A stretch of 64,000 nt of DNA from Octopus sinensis (Eukaryota), in the NCBI RefSeq assembly GCF_006345805.1, contig NC_042999.1, forward strand, positions 3,100,001 through 3,164,000, written 5' to 3'. The translations under genes and the position numbers were made by a program. Below, in pieces: positions 25,974 to 38,414 of this stretch. A model generated the notes under the pieces. The model did no database searches, had not been told where the DNA came from, and saw nothing but the letters and a program-made list of their open reading frames with translations. Position 1 is the first letter of the stretch, and every line of letters starts with the position of its first letter.

Positions 25974-26200
25974 AAGGCGGTGAGCTGGCGCGAACGTTAG
26001 CACACTGGGCAAAATATGCTTAGCAGTTTTTCATCTGTCTTTGTGTTCTGAGTTCAAATTCCACCAAGGTCGATTTTGCCTTTCATCCTTTCGGAGTCGA
26101 TAAATTAAGTACCAGTTGCATACTGGAGTCAATTTAATTGACCCCCCCCCAAAAAAAAAGAAAACAAATTGGGGGCCTTGTGCCTAGAGTAGAAACGAAT
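25974..26200 (+). mobile_element. SINE B short-tail variant
   Basis: AAGGCGGTGAGCTGGC head; tail GGCCTTGTGCCTAGAGTAGAAA. Confidence 0.8.
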
Positions 26201-26511
26201 AAATGTTATTGTATGAAATAATGAAGAATAATAACTACGAATGAAACAATGATATGACAAAGAAATGATATGAAATGGTTCAAACTGTTTTAAAAATAAT
26301 GAAGAATTTGGTAACAAAACTGACTTTTTGGAATATAAACAAACATGAAATCACAAAATTTTGACGGAAGGTTTTAATTTAAATCAGCTTAAAACGGAAA
26401 GTTTGTGTCAAGAAATCACAAATACTTAAAAAGTTTGGTATATGATTTAACCCGTTTGATATCAAACCACCTGAGATCACCCTTACTTCTATGATACAAA
26501 CTTTGTTTTAA

Positions 26512-26731
26512 CCCTTTAGCATTTAAACCGGCCATATCCGGCCAAAATATTCTCCCCTGTTTTAAGTTCAAACTGGCCAGATCTGGCCTCTCACACCTAC
26601 CCTATTTGTAATTCTAAGAATAAACACCCACACCATTGAAATCCCAAAACTATGAGACAATGCATGATTAATTCAAAACAATGTGAATACATAAGCATTG
26701 AATTTGGTAAATTAATCCAAACACTAAAGGG
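26512..26731. mobile_element. second piggyBac-type MITE nested in older MITE copies (cluster ~26450-27600)
   Basis: TTAA|CCCTTTAG ... CTAAAGGG|TTAA. Confidence 0.85.
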
Positions 26732-27811
26732 TTAAAGTGAACTAAATTACAATTTTCCATCAAAATTCCATGTAAATCTATGTTTCAAGCCTCAGCTTAA
26801 TAATTATGAAGTTATTTTACTACATTCATCATTATTTTAAAAATTAATTGAAACAAAAGCATTGAAATTAAACAGAGTTATAGTAATATAGGTTAACTTT
26901 TTCAATACCAAACTGCTTGACACTATCTTGGTTCTAGGATTCAAACTTATTGTTTTAAACTGATTCAAATTTGAGCCTTCAATTCAAATTTCCTCTTAAT
27001 ATATGTTCCAAAGAGCAGCTTTATAATAACTTTGTGATTATTTTCAAAATTATCTTAAATGAAGGTAGAGTGTTTTCAACTGTAACAAAAGGGTTAAGTT
27101 GTTCTGAATTAAGACCTTTCCCTCAAAATTTCATGTTAATGTATGTTCCAAACAAGGTGGTGAGCTGGCAGAATAGTTAGCATGCCATGCAAAATGCTTA
27201 GTGGCATTTTGTCCAGCTTTACATTCTGAGTTCAAATTCCTCTGAGGTCCACTTTGTCTTTCATCCTTTCGGTATCGATAAAGTAAAAATCAGTTAAGTG
27301 CTGGGCTTGATGTAATTAACTTACGCTCTCCCCATAAATTGCTGGCCTTGTGCCAAATTGGAAATCAATGTATGTCCCAAACACCAGCTGAATAACAACA
27401 AAGATATTTCACTAAATTCTTTATTATTCTCAAAGTTATTTTAAATGAAGGCAACGCATTCCAACTGAACTATAATAACAAAAGTATTAAAATTTTCAGA
27501 ATTAAAACCTTTCCTCAAAATTTTACATTAATTTATGTTCCAATCACAAACTTAACAACGTTTTTATTTTATTAAATTCTTCATAATTTTCAAGTACAAA
27601 GAAACATGTTTGCTGCAGTTTGCTGAGGAGAAAATTCTTACTTTAGGCACAGGTAATAAAAACACTGGCAATCATTTGAGAGTGCCCCTTGTAGACTGAT
27701 GGATGCATTTCAAGCTCCTTAGCCATTGTTAACAGATAAAAGCACATTTCATTGTTTTATTAAGTCACACTTGATTATAGAAGACAGCTGTAATTGTCAG
27801 TAATGCAGTTT

Positions 27812-28333
27812 AATCATCATCATCATTGTTTAATATCCGTTTTCCATGCTAGTATGGGTTGGACGGTTCGACCGGGGTCTGGGAAGCTAGGAGGCTGCAC
27901 CAGGTACCAGGCTTATCTGGCAGTGTTTCTACAGCTGGATGCCCTTCCTAACGCCAACCACTCTGTGAGTGTAGTGGATGCTTTTTTCATGCCACCAGCA
28001 TAGGGGCCAGAGGAGGCTGGCAACAGCCACGATCGGTTGGTGCTTTTATGTGTCACCGACACGGACGCCAGTCAGGTAGCGCTGGCATTGGCCACATTCA
28101 GACAGTGCTTTTAACGTGTCACCAGCACGGGTTATCTTAACTACAATTTCCATTTGATTTTCATTTTGATGTTGGTGTTAACGTACTTGACTCAATAGGT
28201 CTCCTCAAGAACAGCAGGTCACTCTACGATCCAAGGTTAGCACAGCAGGCCGTCCTGCGAGCCACAAACTCACTTCATTTGTCGGCTATTCGAAGTCACA
28301 GCATATCTCCAGAGGTCTCGGTCTTTCGTCATT
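27812..28333 (-). mobile_element. RTE-LINE 3' end including ORF terminus
   Basis: Minus strand MTKDRDLWRYAVTSNSRQMK* (DRxxWR RTE C-terminus) runs into the family C 3' UTR and (GAT)n tail, identifying family C as RTE 3' ends. Confidence 0.75.
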
Positions 28334-28959
28334 CAAAGAGCTATTACCCTTCTTTGAAGACAAAGAGTTTCTCCATGAAAATCAATGACTGTAAAAAGTA
28401 TTTATTAGGAGTAGGACGTAGTTTAGTAGTTAGGTATGAGAACTGTATATGAAAGATCAGTAGAAGCAGGGGAAAAAATCTGAGATAATTGTTATTTTTT
28501 AAGTGTGTGATATTAGCTTGTGTAATGAGTTCAGATTGAATTAGGTAAGGCCATTCATTGAAAACATAATCATCAAAATGTATATCGATTGAAAGCATAT
28601 TGGCTGAAAGTTAAATTGGTCGAAAGACATCGTTAGGAAAATATATTCATTGAGAAACAAATTAGTAGAAAGACAAATTAATCACAAACATATTAGCTAA
28701 CATGAAATTCATTGAAAGATTCATTCATTGTAAAAAATGGAGAAAACTAATTATTTTAAACAACTTATTGTATTTATAAAATAATAATAAATTATATAAT
28801 GATAAAATATATTTTCAATCTATTTTCAGGCTATTTGTTTAAAAAAATAAATAAATGTAATTATAAGAAAATACATGCAATTATTTATAAGAAAATAAAT
28901 GTTTGCAGAGATGAAAAATTAATTTATTTTTTCAAATTGTATATGACATCTCTTATATA

Positions 28960-29420
28960 AGCCAAGATGTCTCTATTTGTACAGTGCAACAGAACAATTT
29001 GAATTCTTTTGGAGGAAATAACAGTTTTAACATTCTTTGGCATGACAACAACACCATTTTATAGAATTATCATTCAAGCATCAATAAGAGGATGACCATT
29101 TCATAAAACATCTCAGAATAAACATTTAAATGTGATCTGATAATGACTCTAATTATCTTGACCAGGCCAATATAAATGTTTAAATTAGATGTTTATGTCA
29201 TAAGCATTCATTTTTAAAAGGACAAACCTATTCCTTGTAAGAGTATTAAGTAATGATTGATCATGTCAACTGTGCTGTCTTTTTTTCCAAGAATATGAAT
29301 TTCTTCAAAATATTGTTGAAGCCCCTAGATGTCAACTGGGGACTTTTCCCCTCAATTGATGAGAAGCATTCAGGAGTTTGAATGGTGAAACAAATGAAAA
29401 TGCATTCACCATGCAACTCA
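28960..29420 (-). pseudogene. decayed MULE (Mutator-like) transposase relic
   Basis: Broken frames AFSFVSP, LQQYFEEIHILGKK and GHPLI resemble MULE LAFVP, YFExxYIG and HPxI. Confidence 0.4.
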
Positions 29421-29665
29421 TTATCATCATCATTGTTTAACGTCTGCTTTCCATGCTTGCATGGGTTGGACGATTTGACTGAGAACTGGCGAACTTGGCA
29501 GAGTTTCTACAGCTTGATGCCCTTCCTAATGTCAACCGCTCTGAGAGTGTAGTGGGTGCTTTTATATGCCACTGGTATGAGAGCCAGTCAGGCGGTTCTG
29601 GCAATGACCAAGCTCAAGTGGTGTTTTTACGTGCCACCTGCACAGGAGCCAGTCCAGCGGCACTA
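29420..29665 (-). mobile_element. RTE-LINE 3' end (family C)
   Basis: Family motifs. Confidence 0.75.
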
Positions 29666-30101
29666 AATTTTCAACTCTCTTGTACAATCACAACTCCAGG
29701 ATTCTGAGGTTTTTTTATCATCATCGTAATGATTGTCATCACCACCACAGCCACTGCCACTAGCATCATCATGTGCATCTGTGTAGCATTCTTACACTCA
29801 TTCCCTGCCACCAAGCCTAGTGTGTGTACACACATCTTGTATTTATGTTAACACTCTCTCTCTAGCTTTTTTTATTTTCTCTCTCTCTCACTCTCTCTCT
29901 TCATCTCTCAATACATTGCAAATGGTTGTGGATTACCTTTACTTGATAGTGTCGTCCGTTAGACTGTTTTTGTTGTCTTTTTAATTGTAATTGATGTACG
30001 ATTGAATAGTTAATGCTCACATTCATAATACAGAGACATTTGCATTAATTTTTACAGTCCAGCCGTCCTTTCACATGGAATTTAGTCCATCTTTAAACCA
30101 T

Positions 30102-30182
30102 GACCCTGAAGAGACTTATAAGGAAACTGTTGTTGTGCATATATATCAGAAAATGTATATAAGTCGAAACAATTTGTTGGCC
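30102..30182 (+). ncRNA. type-I hammerhead ribozyme motif with intact core
   Basis: GACC-CTGAAGA(30106-30112)-GACTTATA[37 nt]TATAAGTC-GAAAC(30166-30170)-AATTT-GTT-GGCC; 8-bp stem II, near-palindromic stem III. Confidence 0.75.
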
Positions 30183-31076
30183 TTTTGGGTTTTTTTAATA
30201 TTTGTTTATGTTATATAATATTATGTTATATTATATTCATAGTATATTATATAATATTGTAATATTATAATACAATATAAATAAATTATTGGATTGTTAA
30301 TAGTATATCTCTATTTACTTTATCTTTATAATTGCACTGACATACCAGTGAATTGGATGTTTCACACAGCCCTTTGAAGGAATTCTTTTCCTCTGTTAGT
30401 TACTTTATACATTGCAAAGTGAGACTAGAGGAATCAACCAATAAAACAACCAATCAAGCAACCAACATTTACATCGACCATTATTAATTTTTATACAGAC
30501 TTTGAACAGTTTTAGATACACCCTATCAAACAAGTGATTATAATTATTTCACAGGTTATTAAGGTGAAATATTTTTCTTTACTTTTTTACCTTTTTACTA
30601 TAACAATGAAATTTATATTGTTTGGCGTTTTGTTCTGCAAGGTAAAAAAATTAATTTTAAATGCAAAATGGAGTACTTAAAATTTTTTCTATTGTATTTG
30701 AGAACATTTTTATGAGAAGTATTGTTTGAAATTATAGGATTAAAACAAATATTATTGTAAGAGCTTATAGTTTAATGTTGTGCATTGTTAGTTTCATTTT
30801 TCACCATTTATCAAACACATAAATTATTGTTATTGCTACACATTTATTTATATAAAAGAATGGAATAGAATTTTCCAATGATACGGGTGTTTTGGAAATG
30901 TCCACAGAGACCTTTCCAAATTTTAATAATGCAATCCTCAAATTAGATGAAAGAATTATCAAATATCAGGTAACACGGGGAAAAAAAGGAGGAAAAAATT
31001 TCAGAGTGACCTTTGTAGAATTTTTATTGAAGTCACATGTGATTTAGATCTCTTTCTCTTTGTATATACATATCTA

Positions 31077-31147
<71 letters not shown>

Positions 31148-31148
<1 letters not shown>

Positions 31149-31537
31149 TCTTTAGTCTTTTACTTGTTTCAGTCATTTAACTGTGGCCATGCTGGAGTAC
31201 TGCCTTTAGTTGAGCAAATTGACCCCAGGACTTATTCTTTGTATGCCTAGTACTTATTCTATCGGGCTCTTTTGCCGAACCGCTAAGTTACGGCGACATA
31301 AACACACCAGCATCAGTTGTCAAGCGATTTTGGAGGGACAAACATATACACACACATATATATATACATATATATGGTGGGCTTTTTTCAGTTTCCGTCT
31401 ACCGAATCCACTCACAAGGCATTGATCGACCCAAGGCTATAGTAGAAGACACTTGTCCAAGATGCCACGCAGTGGGACTGAACCCGGAACCATGTGGCTG
31501 GTAAACAAGCTACTTACCACACAGCCACTCCTATGCC
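31148..31537 (-). mobile_element. SINE family A
   Basis: Family motifs; head-to-head with the next copy. Confidence 0.85.
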
Positions 31538-31584
31538 TATATATATAATGTATATATATATATGCACATACATGTATACATAAA

Positions 31585-31965
31585 TATGGCTGTGTGGTAA
31601 TAAGTTTGCTTCCCAACCACATGGTTCCAGGTTCAGTTTGCTGCTTAGCACATTGAGTAAGCATCTTGCTTCTTTAGCCCAAGGTTGATCAAAACCTTAT
31701 GACTGGATTTGGAAACTGCAAAAATCCCATTACATATATACACATGTATGTATGTGTATGTATCATTGTGTGTGTTTGTCCCCCACCACCACTTGACAGC
31801 TGGTGCTGGTTTGGTCATATCCCTATAACTTAACAGCTTGGCAAAAGAGATTGACAGAATGAGGACCAGGCTTAGAAACACAAGTACTATGGTTGATTCA
31901 TTCAGCTAAAACCCTTCAAGGAGGTGCTCCTGCATGGCTACAGTCCAAGTACTGAAACAGATAAA
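31585..31965 (+). mobile_element. SINE family A, diverged
   Basis: Family motifs. Confidence 0.75.
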
Positions 31966-32054
31966 TACACACACACACACACACATAATGTCTGAACCCG
32001 GAACCATGTGGTTAGTAAGCAAGCTACTTACCACACAGCCACTCCTACACCTAT

Positions 32055-32790
32055 CCTTGGAAAGAATGTCTTGCAACCTCTTCAGAAATAAATAGTTTAC
32101 TCTCTAAATAATGTTGCAATTATCTGGAAAGGTGATAGTCAGGTGGAGCAAAGTCAAGAGAGTAAGGAGGATGTAACAAAACTTCCATATTTAGTACCAT
32201 AATCTTTTCCTAAACGACTTGCACATCTTTTAGACTTGCATTATTGAGAAAGAGTGGTGAGCTGGCAGAAACATTAGCACGACAAGTAAAATGCTTAGTG
32301 GTATTTCGTCTGTCTTTATGTTCTGAGTTCAAATTCCATCAAAGTCAACTTTGCCTTACATCCTTTCGGGGTCAATGAAATAAGTACCAGTTACGCACTG
32401 GGGTCGATATAATCGACTTAATCCATTTGTCTGTCATTGTTTTTCCTCTCTGTGTTTAGCCCCTTGTGGGTAGTAAAGAAATAGGTATTTCATCTGTCTT
32501 TATGTTCTGAGTTCAAATTTCATCAAAGTCAACTTTGCCTTTCATCTCTTCGGGGTCGATTAAATAAGTACCAGTTATACACTGGGGTCGATCTACTCGC
32601 CTGGACCTCTCCCCCCAAATTTCCGGCCTTGTGCCTAGAGTAGGAAAGAGTAATACTCCTCTATGATCGATAGTCACTGTTTCTGCAAATTTTTGTGCAG
32701 TACCTCCAGTCGACAGCATTTCTCTGCATTTACTATTTTGATAGACACTGACCATATTCTACAAAACATGGAGCATTACAACTTTTCGAT
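32055..32790 (-). pseudogene. mariner (DD34D) transposase relic split by a SINE B dimer
   Basis: RKVVML, VNAEKCCRL and RGVLL / NNA..MEVLLHPPYSLDFAPPDYHL match the mariner HPPYSPDLAPSDYHLF motif. Confidence 0.8.
32255..32650 (+). mobile_element. SINE B dimer (long-tail unit + headless short-tail unit)
   Basis: Junction at 32478. Confidence 0.85.
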
Positions 32791-32816
32791 GCTGACTTCC
32801 GATATAACAGATATAT

Positions 32817-32988
32817 AATTGTTAAAGAGGACAACAAGCATTAAGGCAAGGCAAACATCTCAAGTCGTGTACATTATTACTGTCCCAGAAACAGCTGTAA
32901 GACTTTTTTTTTTTTTTTCCAATAATAATATTGTGTATGACTTGAGATGTTTGCCTTGCCTTAACATTTGTTGTCCTCTTTAACAATT
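32817..32988. repeat. ~62-bp inverted repeat enclosing a hammerhead 3' half
   Basis: Arms ~32817-32879 and ~32925-32988; GAAACAGCTGTAAGAC at 32888-32903. Confidence 0.8.
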
Positions 32989-33034
32989 GTGTTAAATATA
33001 TATATTTACATACAGTTAAATAAATGTCCAGTCA

Positions 33035-33098
33035 TAGAGTGACCAATGGTTTCACATCCATAAAACGCTTAACTCTATGGATAGCCTATCAGACTCTA
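33035..33098 (-). ncRNA. hammerhead motif in PLE pLTR position (core variant CTGATAG)
   Basis: Minus strand TAGAGT-CTGATAG-GCT-ATCCATA..TATGGAT-GT-GAAAC-CATTG-GTC-ACTCTA; 6-bp stem I, GUC triplet. Confidence 0.7.
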
Positions 33099-33300
33099 AT
33101 TGTGGAAGGCATATAATCCATTTTGAAACTGGGTGTAGAAAACTGTTATGATTTGTAAACAAAAAATAATACTGTTTGAGCTTTAGCCAGGATGAATTAT
33201 CACCCTTAGACTGGTTCAATTGGCAAATCTTATGGATTTAAAGGGCAAACAGAATCTCTGCCCTTAGGCCATTTCCAGTCTGCAAGGAATTTTTCCAGCT

Positions 33301-33657
33301 TCAATTGACAAGTGGGACATTCCATGCTTGCAACGGGTAGTGTTTGAAATGGGGGTAGAGGCTATAAATCTCATGTCTAGAGTTTGAGAGAGATTCTGGG
33401 TTCAGGGATTCTCCCTCTACTATGCAAAGCTTGCATCATTCACTCCCGTTTATGTAAGACCCTGGCTGTTCTATAATCCTCCATTTAATTTTGTATGGGG
33501 TTCCTTCATCCTTAAGGTGCCACACATGGCTGGCCAAGGACATGACATACTGTCTTTTCAGAACCCTGAAAGAGGACCTGTGGTTGTATAGATGCCACTT
33601 AAAGACAGTTCTGGCTGACCTAATATATCTCTGAACTTGAGTGCTGGTTGTGTTCAT
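33301..33657 (-). pseudogene. Penelope-like element GIY-YIG endonuclease relic
   Basis: RYIRSARTVFKWHLYNHRSSF..SLASHVWHLK..YKIKWRII..*CKLCIVE..NSRHEIYS, the PLE endonuclease pattern; one internal TGA. Confidence 0.8.
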
Positions 33658-33799
33658 TGACTTGGGTCAATTCATTTAACTAAAATATCTTCAAGGCAGT
33701 ACTCCAGCATGACTGCAGTTTAATGAGTGAAACAAGTAAACAATGATAAACGCACATCTTTTACACACACATATATATATGTGTTTCTTTATTACCCAT

Positions 33800-34194
33800 C
33801 AATGGAATTTGTATCCTTGTGGTACCAGTGCCAGTGGCACATAAGAAAAACCATCCGAGCGTGACCGTAGCCAGTACCGCATTGACTGGCCTCCGTGCTG
33901 AGGGCACGTAACAAACACCATCCGAGCGTGGCCGTCTGCCAGCCTCGTCTGGCACCTGTGTCGGTGGCACATAAAAACACCATCCGAGCGTGGCCGTCTG
34001 CCAGCCTCGCCTGGCACCTGTGTCGGTGGCACATAAAATCACCCACTACACTCTCAGAGTTAGGAAGGGCATCCAGCTGTAGAAACACTGCCAGATCTGA
34101 CTGGCCTGGTGCAGCCTTCGAGCTTGCCAGACCCCAGTTGAACCGTCCAACCCATGCTAGCATGGAAAGCGGATGTTAAACGATGATGATGATG
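33800..34194 (+). mobile_element. RTE-LINE 3' end (family C) with hairpin repeats
   Basis: Family motifs, (GAT)n tail. Confidence 0.8.
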
Positions 34195-34195
34195 A

Positions 34196-34405
34196 AGGGG
34201 CTAAATATAGAAGGGACAAACAAGGACAGACAAACAAATTAAGTCGATTACATCGACCCCAGTGCGTAACTGGTACTTAATTTATCGACCTTGAAAGGAT
34301 GAAAGGCAAAGTCGACCTCGGCGGAATTTGAACCCAGAATGTAACGGCAGACGAAATACGGGTACGCATTTCGTTCGGCTTGCTAATGTTTCTGCCAGCT
34401 CGCCT
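34196..34405 (-). mobile_element. SINE B
   Basis: Family motifs. Confidence 0.8.
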
Positions 34406-34472
34406 ATATATATTTAAATAACTTTTATTTACACACACACTCATATATATATATACATATATATTTTTTACT

Positions 34473-34503
<31 letters not shown>

Positions 34504-35259
34504 ATACATATATATTTATCTTTTACTTATACATATATGTGTATATATATATATATATATATTTCTTTTACTTATACATATATGTATTTATCTTTTACAT
34601 ATACATACATATATATATATATATTTATCTTTTACTTATACATACATACATACATATATATGTATGTATATATATGTATGTTTATGTACATATATATAAT
34701 ACTAATATTAATTCTGATAAGTATGATGATGACAATGTTAATAACAATTTCATGTACAGAATCCCACACGTTAATGCCCTCAAGCTACAGTAAATAAAAT
34801 CAGAATGAAATTAAATATAGAGAATTAGAGAAAGTAATTCAATTTCTCATAAGGTTATTAATTTTTCTTTACAAATTAATATGCATCAACAAATAATTTA
34901 ATGGATTTTCGGTAAGTACAGCTCGAAAACTTATAAATAACAGCAATGTATTTTCAAACAAAGTGGAAGATACTGGAGTGTGTGAGCAGAAATGGAAATT
35001 AATGTCTGTTAAGTTTCTTTGAGTCAAAAGGATATTTCAGAGTTCCCTTGAAGAATTATATCTTCAACCTTTGTACTCCAAGTGAGATGGTTGATATTCA
35101 TTTTCAATGAATTTCGATGACTGAGGTATCCATGTATCTACTCTTCAACAAGACACCTGTATTTGTTCCCTCTGTGTCTTAAATTCCTCAAATGGCTCAA
35201 AGCCATACCCCTTCAATACTAGCCCTCCCCCTTCTAGAAGAGGGGATTTTGTCTTGCAA

Positions 35260-36220
35260 GCAGGCAGAAACGTTATCATGCTGGGCGAAATGCTTAGCGG
35301 TATTTCGTCTGCTGTTACGTTCTGAGTTCAAATTCCACCGAGGTCGACTTTGCCTTTCATCCTTTCGGGGTCACTTAAATAAGTACCAGTTACTCACTGG
35401 GGTCGATGTAATCGACTCAATCAATTTGTCTGTCCTTGTTTGTCACCTCTGTGTTTAGCCCCTTGTGGGTAGTAAAGAAATAGGTATTTCGTCTGCTGTT
35501 ATGTTCTGAGTTCAAATTCCGCCAAGGTCGACTTTGCCTTTCATCCTTTCAGGGTCGATAAATTAAGTACCAGTTACGCACTGGGGTCAATGTAACCGAC
35601 TTAATACCTTTGTCTGTCCTTGTTTGTTCCCTCTATGTTTAGCCCCTTGTTGGTAGTAAAGAAATAGGTATTTCGTCTGCTGTTATGTTCTGAGTTCAAA
35701 TTCCACCAAGGTCGACTTTGCCTTTCATCCTTTCGGGGTCGATAAATTAAGTACCAGTTACGCACTGGAGTCAATGTAACCGACTTAATACCTTTGTCTG
35801 TCCTTGTTTGTTCCCTCTATGTTTAGCCCCTTGTTGGTAGTAAAGAAATAGGTATTTCGTCTGCTGTTATGTTCTGAGTTCAAATTCCACCAAGGTCGAC
35901 TTTGCCTTTCATCCTTTCGGGGTCGATAAATTAAGTACCAGTTACGCACTGGAGTCAATGTAACCGACTTAATACCTTTGTCTGTCCTTGTTTGTCACCT
36001 CTGTGTTTAGCCCCTTGTTGGTAGTAAAGAAATAGGTATTTCGTCTGCTGTTATGTTCTGAGTTCAAATTCCACCAAGGTCGACTTTGCCTTTCATCCTT
36101 TCGGGGTCGATAAATTAAGTACTAGTTACACACTGGGGTCGATGTAACCGACTTAATACCTTTGTCTGTCCTTGTTTGTTCCCTCTATGTTTAGCCCCTT
36201 GTGGGCAGTAAAGAAATAAG
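35260..36220 (+). mobile_element. SINE B tandem array, 5 x 184 bp with a single head
   Basis: GGTATTTCGTCTGCTG at 35299, 35483, 35667, 35851 and 36035. Confidence 0.92.
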
Positions 36221-37221
36221 ATTGGTGACCCTGTCGGTGATGGTGTGACATAAAATGCACGGGTGTTGGTGCCACATAAAAAGCACCCAGTGCACTTTGT
36301 AAAGCGATTGGCATTAGAAAGAGCATCCAGTAGTAGAAACCATTCCAAGACAGATGACTGAAGCCTGGTGCAGCCCTCCTGTCAACCATTCAACCGATGC
36401 CAGCTCAGAATTGGAATATTTGCTTTGCAGTATTTTATATATTAACCCTTTATCCTGTGAATAAGTTGGTAGATATCTTTCATTCTCAATGTTTTTTGAT
36501 GACTGTTAACAGGTCTGGAGGCAGATTAGTTGATAAATAGCGTGGGTAGTATGATGACACAAACTAGTTCAAAGATTTAGATTTTGGTTAGGAAGCTGAA
36601 CATCAAAACAACAATTCCACCAGCCTTGGAGCGTCTGCGAAAGTCATGAACATAGTTCTTAAACATTAAATTATATACTAATTCTTGTTCTTTCTTTTTT
36701 TTTTTTAATGAAATTGATAGATTTATTTACATAAAGACTGAACCAAAGTTTTATTACAAGGAATCCAAAAAGAAAGGAAAGAAAGGAAAAAAGGAGGTGG
36801 AGAATTAAACAGCAGAAGATGAAAGAGGTGGGGAGAGTAGTGGGTTATACACTCCAGGACAAATGGCATGACCCACACCCTGCAGACATGACTGCATTGG
36901 CATTGCTTCAGAGAAGGGTCAGTGACACTTGCTGCAGCAACCACCCCCACCTCATGGGACTTATTTCCCACAACAGGCACAAGGTCTGAAATTTCAGGGA
37001 AAGGGACTATTTGATTACACCAATAAATATGGGTTTGCAAGTTTGCCTTCAACAAAACTCCAAATAATGATACATTACTGCAACAATGTACAAATACAGT
37101 GCCAACTGTCCATATACACCTTCAATGTGAACAATACAATTTCTGCAAAAGTCACTCATTAGAAGTAAAAACTGAAAGCTATGGGAAGTCTAAATGAGGG
37201 GAAAAAAAATGAAAGGTTTAA

Positions 37222-37857
37222 CACTTTCGTTATCAATCCAGCTGAAGCCAGTTCTGGCTTTGAATACAAATGTCTTATTTTCATAAGTTTTGAATTAAAA
37301 TCTTCCACCAAACCTTAGTCACAATTTATGTTCCTAACACTAGCTTAATGATAATCAAGTTATTTTACTAAATTCTTTGTTATATTGGCATGACCCACAC
37401 CCTGCAGACATGACTGCATTGGCATTGCTTCAGAGAATGGTCAGTGACACTTGCTACAGCAACCACCCCCACCTCATGGGGCCCGTGTCGGTGGCACGTA
37501 AAAGCACCATCCGTTCGTGTCCGTTGCCAGCATCGCCTGGCTCCGTGCCGGTGACACGTAAAAGCACCATCCGTTCGTGGCCGTTCGCCAGCTCTGTCTG
37601 GCACCTGTGCAGGTGGCACGTAAAAAACACCCACTACACTCGCGGAGTGGTTGGCGTTAGGAAGGGCATCCAGCCGTAGAAACACTGCCAGATCTGACTG
37701 GGCCTGACGAAGCCTTCCAGCTTCACAGACCCCAGTTGACCCGTCCAACCCATGCTAGCATGGAAAACGGACGCTAAACGATGATGATGATGATGATGAT
37801 TGAAAGTAATTGAAAAAAAACACTGAGCATCTCAAAATAAATGCAGTAACAAAAGGG
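37222..37857 (+). mobile_element. piggyBac-type MITE interrupted by a chimeric insertion
   Basis: TTAA flanks at 37218-37221 and 37858-37861; MITE body resumes at ~37801. Confidence 0.8.
37481..37800 (+). mobile_element. RTE-LINE 3' end (family C), young
   Basis: CpG-rich, (GAT)n tail. Confidence 0.85.
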
Positions 37858-38414
37858 TTAAGAAGCAAGTTGTATGCCTACTGCATGCATATTAAACAAA
37901 GAACAATATGAAATTAGTGAAAAAATATTGAACGTATTCTGTCCATCTTTATTTTCTGAGTTGAAATTCCACTGAGGTTGACTTTGTCTTTCATCCTTTT
38001 GGAGTCGATAAAATAAGTACCAGTTGCGTTCTGGGGTTGATGTAATCAACTTACTCCCTCCCACAAAAATTCAGACCTTGTACTTAAAGTAGAATGGATT
38101 ATTATTATTTCATATACACACAACAGATTAAACTGTTGGAAAAGCAAAATACCTAACATCAACCTTAGATGTCAAAAACCTTCCTAAATATATTGTAGTT
38201 GTCCCTAATAACACTGTTTTCTGGAGTTGCACTAAACTAGGTTTTATGCCTATTTCCTCTATCCATCTGTTCAAACCGTTGACCATAGGTCCTAATGCAT
38301 CTATAACTACAGGGACACATTTTACTCACATTTCCCCAAACCTCCATAACTCAATGGCTGGGTCTTGATACTTTGCTATTTTTTTATACCTCTTATAATG
38401 ACTTTCTCATCATT

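Noticed and set aside
30480-31040. Possible piggyBac transposase C-terminal relic
   Set aside because: Only faint motif resemblance in AT-rich sequence; not supportable by eye.
33436-33438. In-frame TGA in the GIY-YIG relic as selenocysteine
   Set aside because: Falls at the usual Arg before CxLC; CGA>TGA decay in an already degenerate copy is simpler.
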